A DNA stretch of 63,775 nt, filler included, from Stramenopiles sp. TOSAG23-3 (lineage: Eukaryota): the NCBI GenBank assembly GCA_900128585.1. It is 8 parts of 8 records of this genome, joined end to end, with 100 filler letters (N's around TTAATTAATTAA, not from the genome) between each part and the next. Parts side by side here need not be neighbours in the genome. Positions count along the whole stretch, not along the records: positions 1 to 8,825 come from LT642979.1; positions 8,926 to 17,749 come from LT642980.1; 6 more parts are not named here. The stretch is one strand, 5' to 3'. Shown piece by piece: positions 1 through 11,108 of the stretch. The translations under genes and the position numbers were made by a program. A model generated the notes under the pieces. That model did not search any database, was not told the DNA's origin, and saw nothing but the letters and a program-made list of their open reading frames with translations. The first letter of the stretch is position 1; the number at the start of each line of letters is the position of its first letter.

Positions 1-770
1 TTCTTCTATCTTCTTCTTCTTTTTTTCATTCCACCCATCATTAATCGAACAATAAATACAATAGTCTAGTAGTAATATAGTCTAATAATAATTATTAGAA
101 AATGTATTATTTTTATACTTTATTAGATGATTGGAAAGCTTTTGCTGTTTTCATGGTATTACGTCTATTATGGTATTTTTTTTTTAATAATAAAAAAACT
201 GAGTTCAGATGTTCAGATCTGTATGTAGTTTTTATAATTAAAATAACAAGAACACAAGTGGTCTGAGAGAAGAAGAAAAAACAATTTATCGATTATTATA
301 TACGAGGAATCGTAGATATCAGATTAATGTACAATGGTAATGGTATGTATGGTATGATACAGACAAGAATTGCTTAACTAACTTATACTTCATTTTATTT
401 TATATTACCCAGCACAGGATCCAGCCCCTATTATTATTTTTCATCGTCTATTTCGTTCTTCATCTCCTTGCTGGGGATATTGTATCGTACATAAGTCCTT
501 ATTATTGCTATATTACCTACTACGGTACCTGGTAGGTACCACGACGACCCACGATGAGAAAGAAGAAGGAAGAAGAAGAACGAAGAAGAAGAGAAAGTTC
601 CAGGTTTGGCTTTCATCTTTTTGGCCTCTTAGAAATAACCTCTGGCATTATTTCAACCACAGAACTGTAAATAACGAAGGAAACCCTGCTAGGCGAATTA
701 ACAATTTCAACCCAGAACTTGTTTTCTGGCACTCGCAGTTCCGTACGTCGTTTGTCAACGTTTTTGTATC

Positions 771-2817
771 ATGAATTTTATCCGGAAACTGCTGAAGTCG
801 AAGAAAAAAGCCCGGGTGAAACTGGGAGGGGGGGGGTCCTCCTGTTGAGTCCGTCGCCTCTCAAAGAGCTTCTGATCGGAAATCAAGGCCGACGCACTTT
901 CCCGAGCTAACGAAGGAAGCCGAGGAATCGATAAACATTTTACTTTCTTTTATTGACCAGCATTTAACATCAAAGCATATTTATCGGGAAAGGGGAGACA
1001 GTCGAATAGTAGAGAAAATTGTAGGGTTGGTGGGGAAAAGCAGTTTTGAGAAAAAGTTGAAGAAAATTTTGAAGGGCGGAAAAGATGTACATACTGCGGC
1101 GGGTGCTGTGAAGAGCATATTAGCGAACGCCGAGCCGTTGATTCCCTACAAAATATGCAGGGCGTTGATCGACCAGGTAGAGGATGGGGCGTTTCCAAGT
1201 GCGACGAAACTACAGGCATTTTTGAAATCGAAGGAAAAGGAAATTCCTCGAAAAGAGTTGCTGCAGCGTTTGGTCCAACACCTTCACGGTCTTGTTGGTG
1301 AAGCGGAGTCGAACCATGCGAGTAGCGGGAGTTTGGCCTCGATATTTTCACCCATAGTTTTGAAAGCGTCGGAATCGGACGACGATTTAAACGGGGACGT
1401 TCAAGTACGGAGGGATGTTCTGCAATGCATCATTTCCAACGCCCTGTCCCTCTCCCCAGTCGGTGGCCCCGGCAACATCGAAAAGGGAAGGGCGCAACAA
1501 GTCGTGCCTTCGCCCGTAAAGTATGCCCGCAAGGGCGGGTACATTTTGCCCCCCCCCGGGGAAAAGCTCCAGGATCTGGACTTAAGCTATGCCTGGGAGT
1601 TGACGTATTGTTTCTCAAACGACACTGACGGGTACGAGCAGCTGTTGGACCTTCTTACCGTGGCCACGGGCAAACCCGGCGAGTACGAGGAATGCATTCG
1701 GCAATTTACAGACTTCAGGGCCATACAGAGGAGGCGGTCCAACGATCTGTACGCGTTGCTGTTTGAGTACCCTGTCGATTTTTCCCACAAAGACAACGTT
1801 GCCCAGCTTCAGAACGTTTTTATAGAAGGCTGCAGATCGTACAAAAGCATTACCATGACTTTTGAGGCAATGCTCGGCAGTGGCACGGACATTGGCACAG
1901 AGTTCGATGCCTACAGCGCCCTGCCGCCTGCGAAAGAGCCCGGCACGAGCCCGTCTACCCCGGCCAGCACAAGGTCGAACCGGTCACGGCCTTCCCCGCA
2001 AACTCCCGAGGAGCACCGGGAGGCGTTGAAGGATTTGTTGGAAGAGGAGGAGCGCATCAGGCGATTAAGGTGGGGAGAGACCGACACTTTCAGTGGAATT
2101 GGCATGAACCCATCAGAGACGGTGGAGCGGGCCCGAAAATTGAGCTCTGAAAAAACCCCTTCCAACCCGTTTGAGGCCACTGGTCCACGGGTAATCTCGT
2201 GGGAACCCGTGTACAGCCACCTCAAAGAAGCCCGGGAGCAAATTGTAAAGCAGTTGGAAAAGAGTCGCAAGAAGCTCGGGGACAACGTGCCGCCGTACCG
2301 AATTCGCGACCTGCACCGCGTGGTGGCAGTGCCGTGCACGAAGGAGCTGAAAAGAGACGGGATCGACTTGCTGAACGAGTACAATTTGGACAAGCTCGAC
2401 TCCTTGCGACCGACGAAAAAGTCCATCATTGTCAACTCGCTGGTGTACGAACCGTTTCTGGAGTTTACACCGAGGAGCGAGGCAATGAAAAATTACGTTT
2501 CGGCCTTGGAAGATATAGTTTTCGCACGTCGGGAAGAGTTTAAACAAAAGTGGGGAGAATACCCTCTTGGAAAGGGAGAGGAAAAGGAGGCATGGACGCC
2601 CGGCTCCAACAAGAGCAGTGCTAAGGGGGAGGCAGAGGACATGGAAGCACGCAAGCACTTTCCGAACGGGACCTTCTTGGTTGATAAAAACGAATTGTCC
2701 GCGTACGCGAAGCAGCGGATAAAAGTCGTCGAACCAACAATAGGCAAGGAGGAGGAGGACCAAACGATTGCAAACGCTTTCAGACGCGTGACGACAGAGG
2801 ACGCCCAGAGCCCATAG
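771..2817 (+). CDS. RhoGAP-domain protein with an uncharacterised C-terminal region; one-base frameshift near the 5' end
   Basis: The frame of ORF 1027..2817 stays open back to about 796 and gives INILLSFIDQHLTSKHIYRERGD (arginine finger), DVHTAAGAVKSILANAEPLIP and LASIFSPIVL, typical of RhoGAP. The only nearby ATG (771, MNFIRKLLKSKKK) is one base out of frame; the frames meet at the G9 run 828-836. Confidence 0.8.
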
Positions 2818-3027
2818 TGTGTGTGGTAGAGTAAATTTACGACCTGCGAAGCAAGTGCTCTTACGAATTAGCATATGATTACGATATACTCTCTTACAAT
2901 TTTGACTTTAAAGATCTGCTGTGTGTGAAAACAAAATAATGGCTGTGTACCCTCTTAACGCGTAAGAGAATTGAGACAAGATGTCTTTCTACTTTACGAA
3001 TGACGAACTCTCCCCACTGTCTGTTGT

Positions 3028-4134
3028 TCACTGTTCCTCGTAGCAGCGGTAGTACGTTGTCGAGTTGCTCAAGATGGTGGACGGGTCTTTGTAAACATAC
3101 CCTGCGTTAGCCCCTCCAACGAAATTGTGCGAGGACGAAGCTTTGGAAACGTCAAACGCAGAGTCGACATCGTTCCACCTGTAAATGGTGTACTTCCCCC
3201 CTTCTGAAATGCCGGAGACGGACACGGTCGCATGCAATGGTTTCGGTTTCTGCCCTTCTCGCGTGTTTGGTTCTTCCGGGTCGTCCACTGCCAGGCTTAG
3301 GGGCAGCCCTTCCTTTTCATCGTTGAGCCCAGTAATGGCATAACCAAAGCCGTAGTCTTTGTCTATGCACGGGTACCCAACGTATCCCCCACCGCATTCT
3401 GAGCAGTTATGGGAATTTACCCCGGCGGGAAGAGAGTCGAAGCGACGATAGTAGGAATGAGTGTCGGCGTCGGTCCCATGCACAATAATGTCGTCGTCGT
3501 ACCACTTTCCATCGTCCGTCAACGGATGGTTTGAGTAGATACCATACACAGGCTCCACATGGGAGTAAAACCCGTACGGCAACCCAGGGTAAACGGGATA
3601 ACAGCCTCCTTCCAGCATGATCATCCACGCGATTCCATTGCCCTGGACGAGATGTTTCTTCAGAAAGGTGCGGTAGGCGTCCGCCTGTGGGACCGGTTCT
3701 GTTTTGTAGTCAAATGCCTCGTAGGTAAGTTTAAGGTTTTTCAAAGCCTTTTCAACGTTCGTTGCCAAGATTTCGTTGTCATGGCCTCCACCAGGCACAG
3801 TATGGTCTCGGACTTGCTGCTGGGATATCCACACTCCTTTCCCGAGGGAGACGTCCTGTATAGCCATGGACCCGCAGTACCCTCCCGCGTTCATCCATTG
3901 AACTCGCGGCGAAACATTTTGCAGGCGTTTGTACTTCATATCTGTGGGGGGCTTGCAATATTTGCTGAAGCATGGCCAGCCGTTCACGTTCCCGTGAGTA
4001 TGATTACCAACACGCAGTCCCTCACGGGTTTTCATAATGGTATCAGCAAACAACGAGCTCATGCGGGGGTTGTTTCCCGGCAGCGCGTGCGCGCCGTAAA
4101 CGCCGAGGGCAAGCAGGGTGATGAGTACGTTCAT
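3028..4134 (-). CDS. Secreted hypothetical protein, possible papain/C39-like cysteine peptidase fold
   Basis: ATG 4134 gives the signal peptide MNVLITLLALGVYGAHA. PRVQW..GGYCGS (Q/C), YSHVEPVYG (H) and IIVHGTD (D) occur in papain-like order. Confidence 0.6.
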   Translation of the reverse strand: MNVLITLLALGVYGAHALPGNNPRMSSLFADTIMKTREGLRVGNHTHGNVNGWPCFSKYCKPPTDMKYKRLQNVSPRVQWMNAGGYCGSMAIQDVSLGKGVWISQQQVRDHTVPGGGHDNEILATNVEKALKNLKLTYEAFDYKTEPVPQADAYRTFLKKHLVQGNGIAWMIMLEGGCYPVYPGLPYGFYSHVEPVYGIYSNHPLTDDGKWYDDDIIVHGTDADTHSYYRRFDSLPAGVNSHNCSECGGGYVGYPCIDKDYGFGYAITGLNDEKEGLPLSLAVDDPEEPNTREGQKPKPLHATVSVSGISEGGKYTIYRWNDVDSAFDVSKASSSHNFVGGANAGYVYKDPSTILSNSTTYYRCYEEQ

Positions 4135-4544
4135 CGGTCTCTTTCGCACTGATGGAGTCAATACAAAATACAAGTTTTCGTCTGAAACAGAAAAAATTAA
4201 TTGTACTGCACGTCAGCCCCTTCCTTTGTTCAAATGCAATGTACTAATGAAAGCTTGTAGATTTTAATCATAAACACGACGAGGTTAGTATCGTGGAGGA
4301 GCGACCATGCACTTACTTACTTACTAGATAATAATATAAATGTCAAACAAATGTTTTAATTATTATTATTTTAATTATTATTATCATATTATTTTTTTAT
4401 TATCTTCTACGAACTCTAATATAATTTACTCTAGTACCGTACTATTACTATATTAATAATAATACTCACGGTTAATATATTACAATGAAAATAAAGAAGA
4501 AGCAGAAGAAAAAAAAAGAATTTCGTATTTATTTATTTGGACTT

Positions 4545-4740
4545 TTTCTTCTTCTTCTTTCTTCTTCTTTTCTCTTCCTTCTTCTTCTTCTTCTTCTTTC
4601 TTCTTCTTCTTCTTCTCTTCTTCTTCTTCTTCTTCTTTTCTCTTCTTTCTTCTTCTTCTTCTTCTTTTTCTTCTTCTTCTTCTTTCTTCATCATCACCTC
4701 ACCTCCTCATTCTTCTTTTTCTTGCTTCTTCTTCTTCCTC
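4545..4740. repeat. Imperfect (TTC)n microsatellite in a divergent intergenic region
   Basis: Directly visible tandem TTC. Confidence 0.95.
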
Positions 4741-5073
4741 CACCGTCCGTCCACTCTCCTCCTCCTCTCCTGTATTTATTATCTTGGTACCGTAGGAGGA
4801 CTATTATAATATAATAATAATAAATATAAAAAAATAATTCTTCTCAAAAAAGAAGAAGAAAGAATCGATTATTATTTCTTGATTGATTAAGTATGGTCAG
4901 GAGAAAAGTAAAACGTAAAATAAATATTTATTGTAAAATATTTAAACAAGAAACAACGTCACACACACATAGAGAGAGAGAGAAACATTGAAGATTTTTT
5001 TCATTTTCTCTTCCCGTGGACAATACAGTAGTGTATAGATATATCTTGTAAGCGTACCGAAACTCCACCATCC

Positions 5074-6402
5074 ATGCTTATTTCGTTCTTTCTAGAGTAC
5101 GTTCCGCTGTACGTTATACTGCCCCTTGGGTTCTTGTGTTCTTTTGGCGTTACGATATGCTGCGCGGTTTCCCCGGACAAGAATACTTTACTCGGAAAGG
5201 TAAGCAACTTCATGAACTACGAGTTGTGGGGCATTTTGAAGCGGTGCGTGTTCGCGGTCCCGGGCGGGAAGTGGGTGTACGAGAAGGTCCTTGCTTTCGG
5301 GTACTGGGCAGCGTTTAAACCAAACCCTTTGCTGCAAATCGTGTACTTTGCACTCGTATTTGGCGGATTTGGAATGATGGTAGTAGTAGGATACCCAAGC
5401 ATCCCCAACATGTACATGGCGGAGTTCCACAAGTACATGGGCGGCGCCGTCGTCTTTGGGACGCTGTACGCTTGGTACTTGGCGTGCACCAAGTCTGCAG
5501 GAGTGATCACTGCCGAGAACTGGGAAACCTTTGACAACTACGAGTACGACAACCTCATTTTTGGTCAGGGGCAATACTACAAGTACGACGACAAACTTCG
5601 GCCCAAGATCCCAAAGTTGCCACGGTCCAAGCACGATGGCATCACGGACAAGGTGTACGCAAAGTTCGACCACTTCTGCCCGTGGCTGAACAACGCCGTC
5701 GGGGAGCAGAATTACCGGTACTTCATCCTGTTCTTGCTGATGACGACGTGGACGTTGTTTTACGGGATTTTCGCATCTTGGAGCATTATTTTGTCGGTTG
5801 TTCACAAGGAAAGGCTAATGGAAGCGGAGTTCCACAACCGAGCAACGGGGGAAGTCATCCACGCGTCGTACCGCATCATTTTCCAATGGCTCATGTTTCA
5901 CCATCAGAAAGTCATGATGCTGATGCTGCTGTGCACCGTGATGGGCATTGTTGTCTTTTTGTTCACGCTCTACCACCTGTACCTTGCAGGCACGAACGTG
6001 ACCACCAACGAAAGCTTCAAGTGGAGCCATTACAGGGCGTACTGGAACCGGGAGCAAGCGAAGAAAGCGAAAGAGCAGGGCGAGGATAAGTTTCGATGTT
6101 GCACGTGCTTGAATTACTGCATAGGGGCGAAGGGCGGCGACGTGTTCCCATCGAACAAGTACGACGAAGGAGTTATGAAAAACTTCTACAGTGTAGTTTT
6201 TCCGAAATCTATGTACAAGCGCTCGGCATCGAGGTTTACGGATTTGAAGAAGTGGGACAGGGTTTTGAAAAGAATCAAGAAGGATGAAGAGGAGGAGGAA
6301 GAGGCTGCCCAGAAAACGCAGACGACGACAACGGACCCTGTGAAGAAAAAGGTGAGGAAGAGGAAACCGAAAGGGAAGAAGAACAAAGTGGCCTCCAAGT
6401 AG
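5074..6402 (+). CDS. DHHC-family protein S-acyltransferase (Swf1/ZDHHC4-like), DHFC variant
   Basis: KPNPLLQIVY, GVITAEN..YEYDNLIF, PRSKH..FDHFCPWLNNAVGEQNYRYFILFL, NVTTNESFKW (TTxE), NKYDEG..KNF; several TM helices. Confidence 0.92.
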   Translation: MLISFFLEYVPLYVILPLGFLCSFGVTICCAVSPDKNTLLGKVSNFMNYELWGILKRCVFAVPGGKWVYEKVLAFGYWAAFKPNPLLQIVYFALVFGGFGMMVVVGYPSIPNMYMAEFHKYMGGAVVFGTLYAWYLACTKSAGVITAENWETFDNYEYDNLIFGQGQYYKYDDKLRPKIPKLPRSKHDGITDKVYAKFDHFCPWLNNAVGEQNYRYFILFLLMTTWTLFYGIFASWSIILSVVHKERLMEAEFHNRATGEVIHASYRIIFQWLMFHHQKVMMLMLLCTVMGIVVFLFTLYHLYLAGTNVTTNESFKWSHYRAYWNREQAKKAKEQGEDKFRCCTCLNYCIGAKGGDVFPSNKYDEGVMKNFYSVVFPKSMYKRSASRFTDLKKWDRVLKRIKKDEEEEEEAAQKTQTTTTDPVKKKVRKRKPKGKKNKVASK

Positions 6403-6664
6403 TGGAATGTACGAGTACGCAACCATAGAAGTTAAAAACCTACACTTAAGTTCTCTTGCTCCTACATATGATATGAAAAAAAACTAATGATATACATATG
6501 ATGAAAAACAAATTTTATATAGTACTGCGGCGCATAAATTTTTCCAAAAAAGATATTTTTCATAACTCGTCTTAAGAATTATTAATGTGTACACTGGAAC
6601 CCCGCCCATTTAACTAAACATTTACCGCAAAAAATCACCCAAGAATGCACTTCCCCCCGTGGGG

Positions 6665-8383
6665 TCACGCATTTTCTTCAAACGACCTCCGTCGTCTTCT
6701 GGACGGCCTCAGGGAGTAATTTCGAAGGTTCGGCTGGGCCGCCTCTGCAGGCCTCGGCCTGGTCCTGCCGATTACTGGCTCGTTCAGCCCCCGGTAGACG
6801 CAGTCGCTCAAACTCCACAGTTTCACTTCCGATTTGCTATCACAGGAAGAGCTCGCCAGGGTCTCTAAGTCGCGCAGGCTGCTGCCGGTCACCGGCGCCG
6901 CGAGGCAGGACACGTCGCTGTACTCGTTCCTGCCGGCCGACAAAATGGCGCAGGGCTGCACGGTTTTCTTGCCCGCCTGTGCCCGCTTGTACACGTACCC
7001 AAGGCCGTCGCTGGAGCCGCTCAAGATGTACTCCCCGTCGCTGGTCCACGAGGACTTTATGTAGAACGTTTTCGAAGTGTACTGCTGGGACGCGTACTCC
7101 GTCGACTCGTTCGTGTTCATCCGGCCACCAGCAAGGTCGTAGACGACCATGCTGCGGTAGACGTACGAGACCAACAGCCGGGAATAAGTGGGGTCCAAAT
7201 CGATGTGAGAGATCCCGTGGCACCGCTTTGCCGCCGAGGAGGAGGGCGACCCGCACCCGCTGCCGCGCACGGGCCGAGGGACCGTGTTCGGGGCACCGCT
7301 ACCCTCCGCGTAGGCACTGGCACCACGGGCCCTGCCCCCAGCCGCGTCGGGACCCGGCTCGGAGATGGCAAACAGAGGGCTCGGGTTGCCGCCCCCGCGA
7401 GACCTCGAGTCCCTGTGCGTCACCAAATTCTGTACGCTTCCGAACCGCCTCAAATCCCACACCTTTACGAGCCCGTCGATGGACCCTGCCGTGTATATGA
7501 GCTCCCCTTCGGGGTTTCCAAAAATTGCGCAGGTGGTCCCGCAATGCTGGTGCGGTCGAATCCCCAAGCGCCGCGACTTTCGAATGGAGCTCTGCTTCAG
7601 GGACGGGTTCTTGTGGATTCCGCAGTACCGGATGACGGGCTCGCACACCGGGGGGTCGCCTCGCTGCGCGTGGTACATCCTCGCGGAGTCGCGAATGTCG
7701 TACAGGCTGACCGAGCCGTCCCTGGAACTGGTCAAAAACAGGGACGGGTTGGTCGGGTTGACCCGGATGGACTTGAACGAAAAGGAGGGCATCGCCCTCT
7801 TCGTCTCAATCTTCGGGACGGCGAACGCCACCACCGGGGTCTTGCTCTCGACGTCCCAGACGCGGCACACCCCGGTCGCCTGGGCCGTCCCTATCTGGCT
7901 CCCCCCGTCGGCCCAGCAAATGTCAAAAATGGCCTCGTCGTCGGCTACGCTCATGTTCGAGGCAAGGGCCGACAGGTCCCCGGGCTTGTCCACCACGCAG
8001 AGCACCCCGCAGTCGCCTTTCCCAAAGGCAAGCCGTTGCTTCCTGGAGCGCACTCCGTCAAATTTCAAGGACGTGACAATGTCGTCGCACGTGTACACCC
8101 CAGTGGACTGCGAGGCAGGGTCGTACCACTTGTTGTTGGAGTGAAGGACCGCAGTGTTGTTGTAGTGCAAGGTCGTGGGGGACAGCTTGCTGGACAAAAC
8201 CGTCGTCGCGGCCCGGGCGTCGACGGCGCGGGGCCGTTGGAAAAACCGACGCGGTTGAAAGTTTCCGTAAATTCTACGGTTCAAGCATAAGGAGACCCGG
8301 TTGCCCCTGCCGGCGCGGCGCCTCCGGATCACCCTTCGCGGCACCCACGGGGCAACGGTGGTCGTCGAGGGCGCTTGGCTCAT
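6665..8383 (-). CDS. DTL: Denticleless/CDT2-like WD40 substrate receptor of CRL4
   Basis: AIFDICW, LTSSRDGSVSLYDIR, YTAGSIDGLVKVWDLR, GISHIDLD and TFYIKSSWTSDGEYILSGSSD follow the CDT2 repeat order. Likely start is ATG 8383 (MSQAPS). Confidence 0.8.
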   Translation of the reverse strand: MSQAPSTTTVAPWVPRRVIRRRRAGRGNRVSLCLNRRIYGNFQPRRFFQRPRAVDARAATTVLSSKLSPTTLHYNNTAVLHSNNKWYDPASQSTGVYTCDDIVTSLKFDGVRSRKQRLAFGKGDCGVLCVVDKPGDLSALASNMSVADDEAIFDICWADGGSQIGTAQATGVCRVWDVESKTPVVAFAVPKIETKRAMPSFSFKSIRVNPTNPSLFLTSSRDGSVSLYDIRDSARMYHAQRGDPPVCEPVIRYCGIHKNPSLKQSSIRKSRRLGIRPHQHCGTTCAIFGNPEGELIYTAGSIDGLVKVWDLRRFGSVQNLVTHRDSRSRGGGNPSPLFAISEPGPDAAGGRARGASAYAEGSGAPNTVPRPVRGSGCGSPSSSAAKRCHGISHIDLDPTYSRLLVSYVYRSMVVYDLAGGRMNTNESTEYASQQYTSKTFYIKSSWTSDGEYILSGSSDGLGYVYKRAQAGKKTVQPCAILSAGRNEYSDVSCLAAPVTGSSLRDLETLASSSCDSKSEVKLWSLSDCVYRGLNEPVIGRTRPRPAEAAQPNLRNYSLRPSRRRRRSFEENA

Positions 8384-8704
8384 TCCCCTTCTTTCGAAAC
8401 TACTATAGAGTATAGATACGAGGGTTCGACGTGCACTATTGCTTCTATTACTGTTTGTTCTTCTTGTTCTTCCTGCTTTTCCTTCACTTTTCAATATTCA
8501 ATCAAAATCAAACAAACTCTTCTAAATCTTTATTATTCAAATAGTATAGTACTATAAATATTGGAATTATTATTTGTGTCTATATTTATTATTATTAATT
8601 CAACAAAATAAAAAAAAATAATAAATAATTATTAGTCGTGTTCTTGTTCTTCTATACTCTCTCTATATTAAATAAACACCACCACCACCCGACCCATCTC
8701 TCTC

Positions 8705-8825
8705 TTCTCTTCTTCTTCTTCTTCTCCGCAATTCTTCATTTCTTCATTCTTCATTCTTCTTCTTCTTCTTCTTCTTCTTCTTCTTCTTCTTCTTCTTCTT
8801 CTTCTTCTTCTTCTTCTTCTTCTTC
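8705..8825. repeat. (TTC)n microsatellite running into a contig end
   Basis: Visible tandem repeat. Confidence 0.95.
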
Positions 8826-8925
8826 NNNNNNNNNNNNNNNNNNNNNNNNNNNNNNNNNNNNNNNNNNNNTTAATTAATTAANNNNNNNNNNNNNNNNNNN
8901 NNNNNNNNNNNNNNNNNNNNNNNNN
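8826..8925. other. Artificial contig linker (44N-TTAATTAATTAA-44N)
   Basis: Identical 100-bp block repeated 7 times; the 12-mer has stops in all six frames. Confidence 0.98.
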
Positions 8926-9004
8926 CCGGCGTCGACCATTTACTCTGAAACCTAAATACCACTGCCACGAGGGTAGCCAAAGCTATCCATAAAACCCCCT
9001 TCAT
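8926..9004 (-). CDS. 5' fragment of a secreted or membrane protein truncated by the contig edge
   Basis: ATG 9004: MKGVLWIALATLVAVVFRFQSKWSTP, open into the linker. Confidence 0.45.
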
Positions 9005-9416
9005 CCTTCTTCGCTGGGCCTTGGTGGAAGAGGGGGGGAATAGAGCACACGAACAAAGGGATGAAATAAATCCAAACACTTCAATACATGTGTCTTTTTT
9101 ATTTGTATATGAACCCACTTACACGCTACCAATACCATATCCAGCTCATCCAACAACGCAATTCCTGGTGTGCCGTTATTATTATCCCCCCAATTATCAA
9201 AAACAACTGCTCCTACCTCCTCGTGTGGTTTTCCTACTACCCTACGGGTACCCTACCCGTATCACCAATCGATTATAATACGGTATTAATATTTGCTGTG
9301 TGCATGTATTAAATCCTAATTTTTTTTTTACATTCGTTTTCTTCCTGTGCTCTATTATTTATAGGTGCGCTTCTTTTTGATTCTTGATGCTCTCGGAGAC
9401 GGCGGCATTAGTCGTT

Positions 9417-11108
9417 TTACCCACCAGCCTGGGGCTCCCCTGTAAAGAATGACGATGCGATTGCAACAAAAGCTGTTGCTCCGCCTAATATTGCTGCAAC
9501 CATCCAAGCGTTTATTTGTTGCGCATAAAAGAAGAAACCATTGCACACGGGCGGCTTCTTTGTACCCAACGTTGTCTGCGCGCAGGTCAACTCACCCGAT
9601 AGCACGTATACAATCATGACCATGGAAAAGACGAACGACACTTCAACGTTTCTAGTACGGATCCGCTTCGTCAACATGCCCAACAGAAAAACAGCCCCTA
9701 CGGGCCCGATAAACAAGCCGCTTGCAAGGTTCGAAAAGTTGACAATGCCCATTTCAATGTAAGTAGACAAAACAGCTAGGATGGTGACGATTACTCCCGC
9801 TGCCAAAGTAATAAACTTTGAGGTCCTGATTACTTTGTCCCCCGGGCCGACCGCAGAAAGTGCATTCTCCATAACATCAACGTAGAAGCAAGTCGCCAAG
9901 CCATTTAGACCACCTGACAGCACCGACAATGTGCACCCTAGCACGGCGGCTATGACAATGCCTAAAAACCCCGGTGGTGAATCCCGCATCAAAAAATATG
10001 GCATTATATCGTTGGCCGTGCCATCGCCCTCCAACGGCGACACTCCGGCGCCCCGATAGTACGCATGAATGAACAAGCCTATTGCAACCAACAAAGTTGA
10101 CATTGTGCCGTTTAACCAACCCGATTGTATCGATGCGCGTTGAGCAGTAGCCACGTCTTTCGTTGACAGTAGCCGTTGGATAGCGATCTGATCTGTCCCA
10201 CATTGGCACACCGTATTGAACAAAATACCAAACAGAAAGTACCAGAAATTATCGCCGCCCCATGAGGGTATTGAAAGATAACTTTCTGCTTCAACCCGCA
10301 GGTCTTCGCTGTTTAGTCCACTCGAACCGGCGACGGCTAGTCCAAAGGTGAGCAATGCCCCCCCAACCAGCGCGAAAGACTGCATAAAGTCCGTCACAAT
10401 TACGGTTTTCATGCCCCCCTTCATAGTGAACAAAGTTGCCAATGCCCCACAAACAAGTGCGGTGACCCACTGTTCTATCTTTGCCGTTGCTTCGAACAAA
10501 ATTGCTGGTGCTTTTATGACGACAGTCATGTAGGCGAGCACCCGAATGCAGAATAGGCACGCTGCTGCTGTTCTGACCCTCTTACTATACCGTTTTTCTA
10601 AGTACGCATACGGTGTCAGGCCCAGCTTGCAGTAAAAGGGTATGATCCTGGAAACAATGTAACCGCTTGCAACCTGAGCCACAAATATTGGCAACAAGAG
10701 GCCAGCCCCGTGCTCGTACCCATACGCAGGTACGCCGAGAAAAGAAATTCCACTGTTCAAACCAGACAGCAAGGATATTGCAACGATTACATTCGTTTGA
10801 CTCCGACCTGCTAGAAAGTATTCGTCCATAGCTTTGTTTTTCCGTCCACTTCCTTTGCGTGCACTTGGCTGTCCCAGCCCCTCTGCGGAAGTCCCCACGC
10901 CCACTACGGACTCGTCGAGAAGCGGAGTCTCATCGTCGCCTTCACTCTTTTTCTCATGTATCTTGCAAAGAGAAGAAAGATCTTCTTTGCCTTCCGGCTT
11001 ACTGAACGCCGATCGAACACTGACGTAAAACGTTAAAAGTAAGTACACTGAGCAGGTCGCGTAGTCCCACGCGGTAAACCCAAGTTTTGTAGGCAACGGC
11101 GGGGCCAT
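9417..11108 (-). CDS. Sodium:solute symporter (SLC5/SSF, SMVT/SMCT-like)
   Basis: DEYFLAGRS, SGISFLGVPAYGY, YAYLEKRY, GGMKTVIVTDFMQ, DQIAIQRLLS, LSVLSGGLNGLA; many TM helices. Likely ATG 11108 (MAPPLP). Confidence 0.93.
   Translation of the reverse strand: MAPPLPTKLGFTAWDYATCSVYLLLTFYVSVRSAFSKPEGKEDLSSLCKIHEKKSEGDDETPLLDESVVGVGTSAEGLGQPSARKGSGRKNKAMDEYFLAGRSQTNVIVAISLLSGLNSGISFLGVPAYGYEHGAGLLLPIFVAQVASGYIVSRIIPFYCKLGLTPYAYLEKRYSKRVRTAAACLFCIRVLAYMTVVIKAPAILFEATAKIEQWVTALVCGALATLFTMKGGMKTVIVTDFMQSFALVGGALLTFGLAVAGSSGLNSEDLRVEAESYLSIPSWGGDNFWYFLFGILFNTVCQCGTDQIAIQRLLSTKDVATAQRASIQSGWLNGTMSTLLVAIGLFIHAYYRGAGVSPLEGDGTANDIMPYFLMRDSPPGFLGIVIAAVLGCTLSVLSGGLNGLATCFYVDVMENALSAVGPGDKVIRTSKFITLAAGVIVTILAVLSTYIEMGIVNFSNLASGLFIGPVGAVFLLGMLTKRIRTRNVEVSFVFSMVMIVYVLSGELTCAQTTLGTKKPPVCNGFFFYAQQINAWMVAAILGGATAFVAIASSFFTGEPQAGG

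Noticed and set aside
2831-2844. AATTACGA/TTTACGA as a 3'-end signal (also 22740, 57574, 58262)
   Set aside because: Short, AT-rich and found in both orientations relative to genes; not distinguishable from chance by eye.
4485-4814. Poly-F/L/S and poly-K/R ORFs (also 8638, 17179, 26112, 44249)
   Set aside because: Translations of TTC/AAG microsatellites.
8870-8881. TTAATTAATTAA palindrome repeated at near-regular 8.9-kb spacing
   Set aside because: Always centred in 44+44 N; it is a six-frame-stop assembly linker, and the periodicity comes from length-sorted contigs.
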